From positions 4,955-44,995 of the forward strand of contig QWRL01000002.1 of NCBI GenBank assembly GCA_003670425.1: 40,041 nt of DNA, in the 5' to 3' direction. A program made the translations under genes and the position numbers. Under the pieces are notes generated by a model that saw only the letters and a program-made list of their open reading frames with translations, was not told where the DNA came from and did no database searches. Below are positions 8,314 to 16,745 of the stretch, in pieces. Numbering within the stretch: the first letter of the stretch is position 1; every line of letters begins with the position of its first letter. Source of the stretch: Chloroflexota bacterium (GTDB lineage Bacteria > Chloroflexota > Anaerolineae > Anaerolineales > UBA11657).

Positions 8314-10647
8314 ATGGCCAAGAAAAAGAAGTCTCCACCGCCTGCAGCCGAGGCATCATCAGAAGACAATCTGCCGAAGAAGAAGGCGGGGCGCTTCAGC
8401 AAGCTGCGCGCAATTCTGCTCAATCGCAGTTTTCTGATTGTGACGGTTACGCTGCTGGTGCCGGTGCTGGCCGCATTGGGCGTGTTTCAATCGCTCGAGT
8501 ATTCGGTCTCCAACCAGTACTTTCAACTGCGCGGGCCGATTGCGCATTCGGAAGACATCATCATTGTTGCGATTGACGACGAATCCTTCCAGCAGACCGG
8601 GCTGCAGTGGCCGTGGCCGCGCGACTACATTGCCAAAATTGTGGCGGGGATTAGCGCCGGCAAACCCAAGGCCATCTCAATCGATGCATTCTTCTTTGAA
8701 CCCAGCAACGATAAAGCTTCCATTGAGGTCAGCGGGGCGGATGTGCAGAAGATTTCGGGCGGCACCATGACCAGCGAGCAGCTGATCGCGGCACTGTCCA
8801 CAATCGGCATGTCCGTTGAAAGCGAGGGCGGAAACTTTAAGCTGACCGTGGATGCGGGCCAGGCGCAAGACAAGGTGTTTGCGGGTGCACTTGCAGAGGC
8901 TGGCAATGTCATTCTTAACAGTGAAATCAATGTTGATAACTCAGGCGGCGCCAGCATCGAGCGCTATATCCAGCCGATTGACATTTTGAAAGACGCTGCT
9001 TATTTGACGGCGGCTGCAAACTTCACTGCTGACGCAGACGGCTTTGTGCGGCGCTTTCCAATGTTTGTGGTGAGCAAGCGTGACAAGCAGGCGCACTACA
9101 CCTGGCCGGCAATGACGGCCTTCACTTATATGGGCCAGGCGCTGCCCACGCAAATGCGTGCCACCGGCAATGTCACCATCGGCACCGGCCCGGACAAGAC
9201 GGTGGCAACGCTGCGCTCCGGCTTCTTCAACATTAATTTCCGCGGCCCGGCCAAAACCTACCGCTACATCCCGGCCTACCAAATTCCAATTGGCGACCAT
9301 CCGCCGGAAACCTTCACTGACAAGATTGTGCTGATCGGCGCCACCAGCCCGTCGCTGCAGGATATTTGGCCCACGCCCTACCTTTCGCGCACGAACTCCA
9401 CCCAGACACCGGGAGTGGAGGTCGGTGCGCATGCCATCGACACCATCCTCCACGGCGATTACATCATCACCTACCCTGTGAACATGGGTGCGCTGATTGC
9501 GTTGATTGTGGGCTTGCTGGCGGTGGCACTGACGCGCATTGAGAAGCTGGCGATTGGCCTGGCGCTGCTGGCTGTGCTGATTGTGGGCTACCTGGCCGGA
9601 AGCTATTTTCTCTTTACCCAGTTCAACACTGTGGTGGCGGTGGCCGGCCCGTTGGTGGCCATGGTGCTCTCCTACGCTGTGCCAACCGTGGAGCGCGCAG
9701 CTGCCGAGGCAAAGAAGCGCCAGGAGATCAAGGGTGCATTCTCGGCCTACCTTTCCCCGGCGATGGTGGAAATTGTGGCCAAGGATCCATCCAAGCTGCA
9801 ATTGGGCGGCGAGGAGCGCGAGATGACGATTCTGTTTTCAGACATTCGCGGCTTCAGCGGCATCTCAGAGTTGTTTGATGCGCATGGGCTGGTGGGCTAC
9901 ATCAACAAATTTTTGACGCCGATGACCAATGTGATTCAAGACCACAAGGGCACCATTGACAAATATGTGGGCGACTGCATCATGGCTTTTTGGAATGCGC
10001 CGCTGGATGATGTGGAGCATGCCACCAACGCCTGCGCCTGTGCCGTGGCGCTTAACCGGCTGCTGGCCCCGTTGAACGTAACCTTTAAGGCGGCCGCCGA
10101 TGCTGCCGGGCGCAAGCATCTGCAGCTGCGCGCCGGCATTGGCATGAACACCGGCCCTACCGTGGTGGGCAACATGGGCTCGGACACGCGCTTCAATTAC
10201 ACCGTGATGGGCGACTCCGTGAACGTGGCTTCGCGGCTGGAGTCCAGCTCCAAGCAGTACGGCATTGTGCTGGTGGTGGGCGAGACCACGCGCGCGCTGG
10301 CGCCGCAGTTTGCAGCGCTGGAGATAGACAAGGTGGTGGTGAAGGGCAAGACCGAGGCGCTGCACTCCTTTACGCTGCTGGGCGAGCCGGATATTGCCCT
10401 GACGCCCGAGTTTAAAAAACTTGAAGAAGCGCATATTGAGATGCTGCGCCTTTTTCGGTCACAGGACTGGGAGGGCGCCAACGCAAAGATTACCGAGTGC
10501 CGCGGGCTGGAGCCGGAGGGCTTGTGCGTGGAGCCGGGCGTGGGCCTCGGCAAACTCTATGACATGTATGCCGACCGCATAGTGCACTATATAGAAGAGC
10601 CGCCGGGTGCGGACTGGGACGGCAGCTACCACGCCAAGGAAAAATAA
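8314..10647 (+). CDS. CHASE2 sensor domain-containing class III adenylate/guanylate cyclase
   Basis: N-terminal TM helix, a long extracytoplasmic CHASE2-like region, and a cluster of TM helices. The C-terminal cyclase domain has MTILFSDIRGFSGISE, KYVGDCIMAFWNAP, GMNTGPTVVGNMGS and YTVMGDSVNVASRLES. ATG 8314 is preceded by aagagga (SD). The track start at 8284 is GTG without an SD. Confidence 0.9.
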   Translation: MAKKKKSPPPAAEASSEDNLPKKKAGRFSKLRAILLNRSFLIVTVTLLVPVLAALGVFQSLEYSVSNQYFQLRGPIAHSEDIIIVAIDDESFQQTGLQWPWPRDYIAKIVAGISAGKPKAISIDAFFFEPSNDKASIEVSGADVQKISGGTMTSEQLIAALSTIGMSVESEGGNFKLTVDAGQAQDKVFAGALAEAGNVILNSEINVDNSGGASIERYIQPIDILKDAAYLTAAANFTADADGFVRRFPMFVVSKRDKQAHYTWPAMTAFTYMGQALPTQMRATGNVTIGTGPDKTVATLRSGFFNINFRGPAKTYRYIPAYQIPIGDHPPETFTDKIVLIGATSPSLQDIWPTPYLSRTNSTQTPGVEVGAHAIDTILHGDYIITYPVNMGALIALIVGLLAVALTRIEKLAIGLALLAVLIVGYLAGSYFLFTQFNTVVAVAGPLVAMVLSYAVPTVERAAAEAKKRQEIKGAFSAYLSPAMVEIVAKDPSKLQLGGEEREMTILFSDIRGFSGISELFDAHGLVGYINKFLTPMTNVIQDHKGTIDKYVGDCIMAFWNAPLDDVEHATNACACAVALNRLLAPLNVTFKAAADAAGRKHLQLRAGIGMNTGPTVVGNMGSDTRFNYTVMGDSVNVASRLESSSKQYGIVLVVGETTRALAPQFAALEIDKVVVKGKTEALHSFTLLGEPDIALTPEFKKLEEAHIEMLRLFRSQDWEGANAKITECRGLEPEGLCVEPGVGLGKLYDMYADRIVHYIEEPPGADWDGSYHAKEK

Positions 10648-10668
10648 TCCCGCCGCAAACAGCGCGGG

Positions 10669-10674
10669 TATAAT
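10669..10674 (+). promoter_or_regulatory. putative -10 box TATAAT for the pheST T-box leader
   Basis: The sequence gggTATAATttgcgc lies about 24 nt upstream of the first T-box stem I nucleotides. Confidence 0.45.
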
Positions 10675-10697
10675 TTGCGCAGCCGAATAATTTAAAA

Positions 10698-10958
10698 GCT
10701 GCGACGGAGAAGAGTAAGCTGGCGTGCGCCGACAGGAAAGCGGGCCCGGACTGAGAGCCCGCGCGGTGGCAACCGGCTGAAGTTCACTCCCGAGCTGCGC
10801 GGGTGAACCGCGCCTGCGGGCGCGCTTTAGCCGGCGCCGTGAGCCCCGCGTTAGGGGGTGGCCGGTTAGCCGGCACAGAGCGGGCCCTGCGGGGCTCAGT
10901 AGGGTGGTACCACGGGGCAGCAGCTCCCGTCCCTTCACCGGGGCGGGAGTTTTTATTT
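10698..10958 (+). promoter_or_regulatory. T-box riboswitch leader, Phe-specific (UUC specifier)
   Basis: The 5' GCGACGGAGAAGAGTAAGC matches the stem I K-turn/AGUA region. An AGAGA-like box is present (ctgagagccc). The distal loop GGTGGCAACC is present. The specifier context is ctGAAG-TTC-Actcc, with TTC at 10783-10785 followed by A. The T-box sequence TAGGGTGGTACCACGGGG lies at about 10899-10918. A terminator hairpin plus T-run follows, and the whole element sits directly upstream of pheS. Confidence 0.85.
10924..10958 (+). terminator. intrinsic terminator of the T-box expression platform
   Basis: The stem is ctcccgtccc (10924-10933) pairing with ggggcgggag (10940-10949), with loop ttcacc, followed by tttttattt. 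Confidence 0.8.
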
Positions 10959-10995
10959 ACGCCGGGCGCAGGCGCGGCAGTGGAGTGTGATCAAG

Positions 10996-12021
10996 ATGGA
11001 GCAGGATTTTTCAATTATGGAGCAGGCGGCGCTGGCAGCGCTGCGCGCAATTGGCGATGAAGCCGGGCTGCGCGCATGGCAGGCTGCCTGGCTTGGCAAG
11101 CGCAGCGCGCTGGCGCTGGCACTTGCCGGCCTGGGGCAGCTGCCGGCCGCGGAGCGCCCGCTGGCCGGGCAGCGCGCCAACGCGTTGCGGGTGCAGCTGG
11201 AGCAGGCGCACGCTGCGCACGCGGCAGCGCTGCGCGAAAGCGGATTGGCTGCCAGCCTGCAGGCCGGCGCGCTGGATGTGACGCTGCCCGGCCGCCCCGC
11301 TGCGCGCGGGCGCCTGCACATTGCCACACAAACGCTGCGCCAGATCTGTGCCATCTGGGCGCAGATGGGCTTCCAGATTTATCGCTCGCGCGATGTGGAA
11401 ACCGAGGCCTACAACTTTGAGCTGCTCAACATTCCGCCGCACCATCCGGCGCGCGACATGTGGGACACATTTCACACCACCACCAGCGGCAGCCTGCTGC
11501 GCACGCATACTTCGCCCGGGCAGATTCACGCCATGCGCGAGTACGCGCCGGAGCCAATCCGCGTGGTGCTGCCCGGCATGTGTTATCGCTACGAGCAAAT
11601 TACGCCGCGTTCGGAAATTCAGTTTAACCAGGTGGAGGGCCTGGCGGTGGGCAAGGGCATCCGCTTCACGGACCTGAAGGGCACGCTTACGGATTTTGCG
11701 CGGCGCATGTTTGGCGCGCAGACGCGCACGCGCTTTCGCGCTTCGTACTTTCCGTTTACCGAGCCCAGCGCAGAGATGGACGTGGAGTGCTTTTTGTGCA
11801 CCGGCAGCGGCTGCGTGGTTTGCAAGCAGGCGGGCTGGCTGGAAATTCTGGGCTGCGGCATGGTGCACCCCAAGGTGCTGCAAAACGGCGGCTACGACCC
11901 GGCGCAATACACGGGCTTTGCATTTGGCATGGGGCCGGAGCGCATTGCCATGCTCAAGTACGGCATCAAAGACATCCGCTACTTTTGGGGCAACGACCTG
12001 CGCTTCCTGCAGCAGTTCTAA
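10996..12021 (+). CDS. pheS: phenylalanine--tRNA ligase alpha subunit
   Basis: HPARDMWDTF, LLRTHTSPGQ, EIQFNQVEGL, RFRASYFPFTEPSAEMDV and GCGMVHPKVL are class II PheS motifs. ATG 10996 has ggag 11 nt upstream. ATG 11017 is an alternative. Confidence 0.95.
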   Translation: MEQDFSIMEQAALAALRAIGDEAGLRAWQAAWLGKRSALALALAGLGQLPAAERPLAGQRANALRVQLEQAHAAHAAALRESGLAASLQAGALDVTLPGRPAARGRLHIATQTLRQICAIWAQMGFQIYRSRDVETEAYNFELLNIPPHHPARDMWDTFHTTTSGSLLRTHTSPGQIHAMREYAPEPIRVVLPGMCYRYEQITPRSEIQFNQVEGLAVGKGIRFTDLKGTLTDFARRMFGAQTRTRFRASYFPFTEPSAEMDVECFLCTGSGCVVCKQAGWLEILGCGMVHPKVLQNGGYDPAQYTGFAFGMGPERIAMLKYGIKDIRYFWGNDLRFLQQF

Positions 12022-12074
12022 GATGCACGGCAACGCACCCGCCCTAATGCCCGCCTGACGGCGGAGGAAAGATT

Positions 12075-14618
12075 ATGCGCACACCTTTATCCTGGCTGCG
12101 AGATTATGTGGACATCACCATGGCGCCGCACGAGCTGGCGCACCGGCTTACATTTGCGGGGCTGGAGGTGGAGGCGCTGCAGTACGTGGGGCTGGCGCTG
12201 CCGGCGGGTGCAAGCGCCGCCCGGCACAGCGGGCTGGCGTGGGAGCGCGACAAAATTGTGGTGGCACACATTACACAGGTGGACGCGCACCCGGATGCCG
12301 AGCGCCTGGTGCTGGTGCGGCTGTATGACGGCGAGCGCGAGCACACGGTGCTCACCGGTGCGCCGAATCTGTTTGCGTACAAAGGCAGCGGCCCGCTGCC
12401 CACAGCGCTGCGCGTGGCGTACGCGCGCGAGGGCGCGCAGCTGTACGACGGCCACAAGCCGGGCTGGGAGTTGACGCGCCTGAAGCGCGCCAAAATCCGC
12501 GGCTTCGATTCCTACTCGATGGTGTGCTCGGAAAAAGAACTGGGCATCTCCGAGGAACATGAAGGCGTGATTTTGTTTGACGCTGATGCGCCGCCGGCCG
12601 GCACGCCGCTGGCCGACTACATTGGCGATGTGGTGTTTGAGATTGCGATTACGCCCAACATGGCGCGCAATGCCAGCATGCTGGGCGTGGCGCGCGAGAT
12701 TGCCGCGCTGACCGGCACCAGCGTGCGCCTGCCGTGGCGCAGCGTGCCCACGCGCGCGGCCGCGCAGCCCATGCCGCAGGTGCAGATTGCAGCGCCCGCG
12801 CTCAACCCGCGCTTTACCGCGCTGCTGGTGGAGGATGTGCGCGTGGCGCCGGCGCCGTACTGGATGCAGCTGCGGTTGCGCCTGGCCGGCATGCGCTCCA
12901 TCAGCAACATTGTAGACATCACCAACTATGTGATGCTGGAAACCGGCCAGCCGCTGCATGCGTTTGATTATGCGGTGCTGCGCCGGCGCGCTGGCAGCCG
13001 GCCTGCGCCGCTGATCACCACACGCCTGCCCGCGCCGGGCGAGACCATCGCCACGCTTGATGGCGCGCAGCGCAAACTGGATGACTTCACCGTGCTTGTT
13101 GCAGACAGCGCCGGTGCGCTCTCAATCGGCGGTGTGATGGGCGGCGGCGAGTCAGAAGTTTCTGCCGCCACCGAGCATGTACTGCTGGAAGCCGCCAGCT
13201 GGAACTTTACAAACATCCGGCGCACGGTGCAGGCGCAGCAGCTGCACAGCTCACAGGCCGGCTACCGCTTCAGCCGCGGCGTGCACCCGGCCATGGCGCC
13301 GCTGGCCAACTTGCGCGCGGCTGCGCTCATGCAGCAGCTCGCGGGTGGCAGCGTCAGCACCGAACTGTGCGACGTGTATCCGCAGCCCGTTGTGGCGCCA
13401 GTGAACCGGCTGCCGCTGGCAGAAGTGCAGCGCCACTTGGGCATGCAAATTCCCGCGGCGGAGATTGTGCGCATCCTGCGTGCGCTGGAGTTTGTGGTTG
13501 AGGATGCGGGCAGCACGCTGGTGGTGACCGCCCCGGACCATCGCCTGGACATTGGCACGGGCGCGGAGGGCATCGCCGATTTGGTGGAAGAGGTGGCGCG
13601 CATTTATGGCTATGAGCGCATGCCGGAAACGCAAATCAGCGACACCACGCCGCCGCAGCGCGCCAACCCGGCGCTGGAACACGAGGAGCGCGTGCGCGAC
13701 CTGCTGGCCGGGCTTGGCATGCAAGAGGTGATTACCTACCGCCTCACCGCGCCGGAGCGCGAGCAGCGCCTGCTGCCGCCGGGCGTGCCCGTGCCCGCAG
13801 CGCATTATGTGACGCTGCTAAACCCGGTGGCTGCGGAGCGCGTAGTGCTGCGCCGTGCGCTGCTGGCCAGCGTGCTGGAAGTGGCCGAAGCCAATGCGCG
13901 CTTTCAGCAGCGCCTGGCGCTGTTTGAGATTGGGCCGGTGTTCCTTCCCGTGGCGGGCGCAGCGCTGCCGCTTGAGCAGCGCCGCCTGGCGCTTGTGTTG
14001 TGGGGGCCGCGGGCGCAGTCCGGCTGGCAGGCAGCCGACGCCGGCGCGCAAGACTTCTTTGACTTGAAGGGCTTGGTGGAGCTGCTGCTTGAAAGCCTGC
14101 GCATTGAAGGCGTGCGCTTTGAGAGCGCGCAGCATGCAGCGCTGCATCCCGGGCGCTGCGCGCAGGTGTTTGGCGCGGATCCGGCCGTGGTGCTTGGCAC
14201 GCTGGGCGAGCTGCACCCGCAAGTGAGCGCAGCGTACAGCCTGGCGGAGCACGCCGCACTGTGCGCAGATTTTGATTTGGAGGCGCTGCTGGCTGCCACG
14301 CCGGCGCGCCACGCCACGGCGCCGGTGCCGCGCTTCCCCGCCGTTGTGGAAGACATTGCGCTGCTGGTGGATGAGGAGCTTTCGGCTGCGCGCGTGCAGG
14401 CGCTGATTGTGCAAACCGGCGGTGCACAGCTGGCTCAGGTGCAGCTGTTTGATGTGTTTCGCAGCGCGCAGCTGGGCGCGGGCCGCAAGAGCCTGGCCTA
14501 CCGCCTCAGCTATCAGTCCGGCGAGAAGACGCTGACGGATGCAGAGGCCGCCAAGCTGCGCAACAAGATTGTGCGCCGCCTGCAGCAAGAGCTGGGCGCC
14601 ACGCTGCGCGACAAGTAA
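12075..14618 (+). CDS. pheT: phenylalanine--tRNA ligase beta subunit
   Basis: MRTPLSWLRDYVD is a typical PheT N-terminus. It is 847 aa with B3/4, B5 and FDX-ACB-like C-terminal regions, e.g. FDVFRSAQLGAGRKSLAYRLSYQS. The SD ggagga precedes the ATG. Confidence 0.95.
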   Translation: MRTPLSWLRDYVDITMAPHELAHRLTFAGLEVEALQYVGLALPAGASAARHSGLAWERDKIVVAHITQVDAHPDAERLVLVRLYDGEREHTVLTGAPNLFAYKGSGPLPTALRVAYAREGAQLYDGHKPGWELTRLKRAKIRGFDSYSMVCSEKELGISEEHEGVILFDADAPPAGTPLADYIGDVVFEIAITPNMARNASMLGVAREIAALTGTSVRLPWRSVPTRAAAQPMPQVQIAAPALNPRFTALLVEDVRVAPAPYWMQLRLRLAGMRSISNIVDITNYVMLETGQPLHAFDYAVLRRRAGSRPAPLITTRLPAPGETIATLDGAQRKLDDFTVLVADSAGALSIGGVMGGGESEVSAATEHVLLEAASWNFTNIRRTVQAQQLHSSQAGYRFSRGVHPAMAPLANLRAAALMQQLAGGSVSTELCDVYPQPVVAPVNRLPLAEVQRHLGMQIPAAEIVRILRALEFVVEDAGSTLVVTAPDHRLDIGTGAEGIADLVEEVARIYGYERMPETQISDTTPPQRANPALEHEERVRDLLAGLGMQEVITYRLTAPEREQRLLPPGVPVPAAHYVTLLNPVAAERVVLRRALLASVLEVAEANARFQQRLALFEIGPVFLPVAGAALPLEQRRLALVLWGPRAQSGWQAADAGAQDFFDLKGLVELLLESLRIEGVRFESAQHAALHPGRCAQVFGADPAVVLGTLGELHPQVSAAYSLAEHAALCADFDLEALLAATPARHATAPVPRFPAVVEDIALLVDEELSAARVQALIVQTGGAQLAQVQLFDVFRSAQLGAGRKSLAYRLSYQSGEKTLTDAEAAKLRNKIVRRLQQELGATLRDK

Positions 14619-14631
14619 GCCCGCGCGCCGT

Positions 14632-15789
14632 TCAGCTTTCGGCCAGCTCCGTGCGCAGCGCGTGCAGCAGGCGCTCAACATCTGCGGCTGTGTTGTAGGC
14701 CTGCAGCGAAACGCGGATGAATGCCTGGCCGTTCCACGCTACCAGCGGCACCTCCACTTTGTGGCGCCCGTACAAGCGTGCTTGCAGGCGCTTGATGTCC
14801 ACGGCTGGCAGGCGCGCCGCCACCATTTGCCCAAGCCACTGCGTGCCATCACTGCATAACGGCGCGAGCCCCGTAAGGGCGTTGATTTGCGCCAGCGCTG
14901 CGTGCGCCAGTTTTCGGCAGCCAGCGCTGACGGCAGTCCAGTTGTGCTCCTGCTGAAAGCGGATGGCATCCGGCACCGTGAGGAACGCTGCCAGATCGCG
15001 GGTGCCCTGCCACTCATGGTAATCAATAAATTGCGACACGCCCGGCTTCTCTGCTTCATAGCCCCAGCTGACAACCAGCGGGTCCAGCTGCGCCTGCAGC
15101 GCCGGCCGCGCGTAGAGGAACGCCGCACCCTTTGGCGCACACATCCACTTGTGGCAGGCGCCGGTGTAGATGTCCGCGCCCACTTGCTCCAGGTTTAGCG
15201 CCACATGCCCGGGCGCATGCGCACCGTCCACAATTGTGAGGATGCCGCGCTCACGCGCCCGCCGGCAGATCTCCGCCACCGGAAACACCAGCGCGGTGGG
15301 GCTGCTGATGTGGCTGATGAAAATGACGCGCGTGCGTGCCGTGACCCCCGCCAAAAACCCCTCAATAAATTCGGCGTGGCTGCCCACAGGCAGCGCCACC
15401 GCGCGGTTGATGTATTGCGCGCCATTCTGCGCACACACAAAGCGCCACGTGCGGTCCAGCGCACCGTACTCGTGGTCGGTGGTTAATATTTCGTCGCCGC
15501 GCTGCAGCTGCAGGCTGCGCACCACCATGTTGATGGCGGTTGTCGGGTTTGGAAAGAAGACGACGTCATTGGCTGCCGCCCCCAGGTAGGCAGCCAGCTG
15601 CGCGCGCGCCTCGGCCAGCAGCGGCGCAGCGCGCCGCCCCAAAAATTCCACCGGCTGGCGCTCCAGCTCGCGCTGCCAATTTTGATACGCCGCAAACACC
15701 GGCGCGGGGCACGCGCCAAACGATCCGTGGTTGAGGAAGGCAACTTCCGGGTCAAGCAGAAACAGGGCGCGCAATTCTGCGGGTGTCAT
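14632..15789 (-). CDS. class V aminotransferase-fold PLP enzyme (isopenicillin-N epimerase / cysteine desulfurase-like)
   Basis: FLNHGSFGACP at the N-terminus, VDGAHAPGH, and the PLP-lysine context YTGACHKWMCAPKGAAFLY. Its ATG (15787-15789) overlaps the TGA of the upstream VWA frame (15786-15788) as ATGA. Confidence 0.85.
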   Translation of the reverse strand: MTPAELRALFLLDPEVAFLNHGSFGACPAPVFAAYQNWQRELERQPVEFLGRRAAPLLAEARAQLAAYLGAAANDVVFFPNPTTAINMVVRSLQLQRGDEILTTDHEYGALDRTWRFVCAQNGAQYINRAVALPVGSHAEFIEGFLAGVTARTRVIFISHISSPTALVFPVAEICRRARERGILTIVDGAHAPGHVALNLEQVGADIYTGACHKWMCAPKGAAFLYARPALQAQLDPLVVSWGYEAEKPGVSQFIDYHEWQGTRDLAAFLTVPDAIRFQQEHNWTAVSAGCRKLAHAALAQINALTGLAPLCSDGTQWLGQMVAARLPAVDIKRLQARLYGRHKVEVPLVAWNGQAFIRVSLQAYNTAADVERLLHALRTELAES

Positions 15790-16745
15790 TGGGCAGCGTC
15801 CAGCTCGCGGCGCACGGTGGCATACAGGCTTTCAGCTTTCAGCTCCTGCAGCGTTAGGCACGGCGCGCCCAGGTTCAGCGCCAGCTCGCGTGCCAGGCCC
15901 TGGTCAAACGCAACGTGCTCCATGTTGATCACAACGCTGCGCAGGTGCGCATCCTTAAAGCGCTGCGCGGTGCGGCGCGCTTCTTCGCGCGGTGCCAGCG
16001 ATGTCATCGACACATTGCCGGCACCGTCAGTGAGCACAATCAGCAGCGGCGTGACATCCGGATGCAGGTTTTTTTCGCGCAAGATTACCTTGTGGGCCAG
16101 ATGCAGGCCGGCGGAGAGCGGCGTCTTGCCGCCCACCGGAATATCTGCCAGTGCGCGCTGTGCCAGCTGCACGGAGTTGGTGGGCGGCAGCACCAGCGTG
16201 GCGCTGCTTTTTTGAAACACCACCAACCCCACGCGGTCGCGGCGCTGGTAGGCATCCGTCAGCAGTGACATGATGGCGCCCTTGGTGGCCGTCATGCGCT
16301 CGGCCACAGCCATGGACCATGATGCATCCACCAGAAACAAGACCAGGTTGGCGGCTTTGCGCACGCGCACCTTGCGCTGCAGGTCGTGGCGCATGATGGC
16401 AAAGGCCACATGCTGGCGCTGCGCAGCGCGCGCCGGCTGGTGCGGCGCTGCGGCGCGCAAGGTTGCGTCAAACGCGATGTCGTTGGTTTTGCCGTTGGCG
16501 GGGCGCGCCTGCACATAGCGCCCGCGTTTGCGGTCCGTGCGCGTGCGGCTGCGCCGGCCGCTGTGCTTGCGCGTAAGTTTGTCTAGCGGTGTGTTGAGGA
16601 TGCGCGTTTCAAATTCTTTGCCAACGGCAGCGTGCTGGCCGCCGTCCCACCATTTGTTGTCGCCGGAGCTGGTGGTGTTTTGCAGCGCGGGTTGCGCCGC
16701 GCCCGGGTCTATTTCTTGTTCAGAGCCGGCTTGCGCTACTTCCTG
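15786..16745 (-). CDS. ChlD/BchD-type linker + von Willebrand A domain frame, with no start codon of its own upstream of the conserved region; reachable by a -1 shift from the ChlI frame
   Basis: VWA/MIDAS motif LVLFLVDASWSMA, TPLSAGL and LIVLTDGAGN. The ChlD-like pre-VWA motif is RKRGRYVQARPANGKTNDIAFDATLRAAAPHQ. The only start found by the track is GTG 16514, which falls inside that motif (RGRY-V). The frame is open for 85 codons upstream, back to TGA at 16770-16772, with no ATG, GTG or TTG. Confidence 0.75.
   Translation of the reverse strand, partial: QEVAQAGSEQEIDPGAAQPALQNTTSSGDNKWWDGGQHAAVGKEFETRILNTPLDKLTRKHSGRRSRTRTDRKRGRYVQARPANGKTNDIAFDATLRAAAPHQPARAAQRQHVAFAIMRHDLQRKVRVRKAANLVLFLVDASWSMAVAERMTATKGAIMSLLTDAYQRRDRVGLVVFQKSSATLVLPPTNSVQLAQRALADIPVGGKTPLSAGLHLAHKVILREKNLHPDVTPLLIVLTDGAGNVSMTSLAPREEARRTAQRFKDAHLRSVVINMEHVAFDQGLARELALNLGAPCLTLQELKAESLYATVRRELDAAQ

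Noticed and set aside
10459-10938. 159-aa minus-strand ORF covering the pheS upstream region
   Set aside because: It runs antisense through a complete T-box leader. The RNA element explains the region.
11011-12033. 340-aa minus-strand ORF, plus many similar ones (7436-8263, 8941-9801, 12087-12959, 13818-14681, 17861-18718, 21534-22496, 5479-6168 and others)
   Set aside because: Each lies opposite, or out of frame with, a gene carrying unambiguous family motifs (pheS, PIG-L, cyclase, pheT, rpsA, clpC/radA, methyltransferase). None has a recognisable motif or plausible composition.
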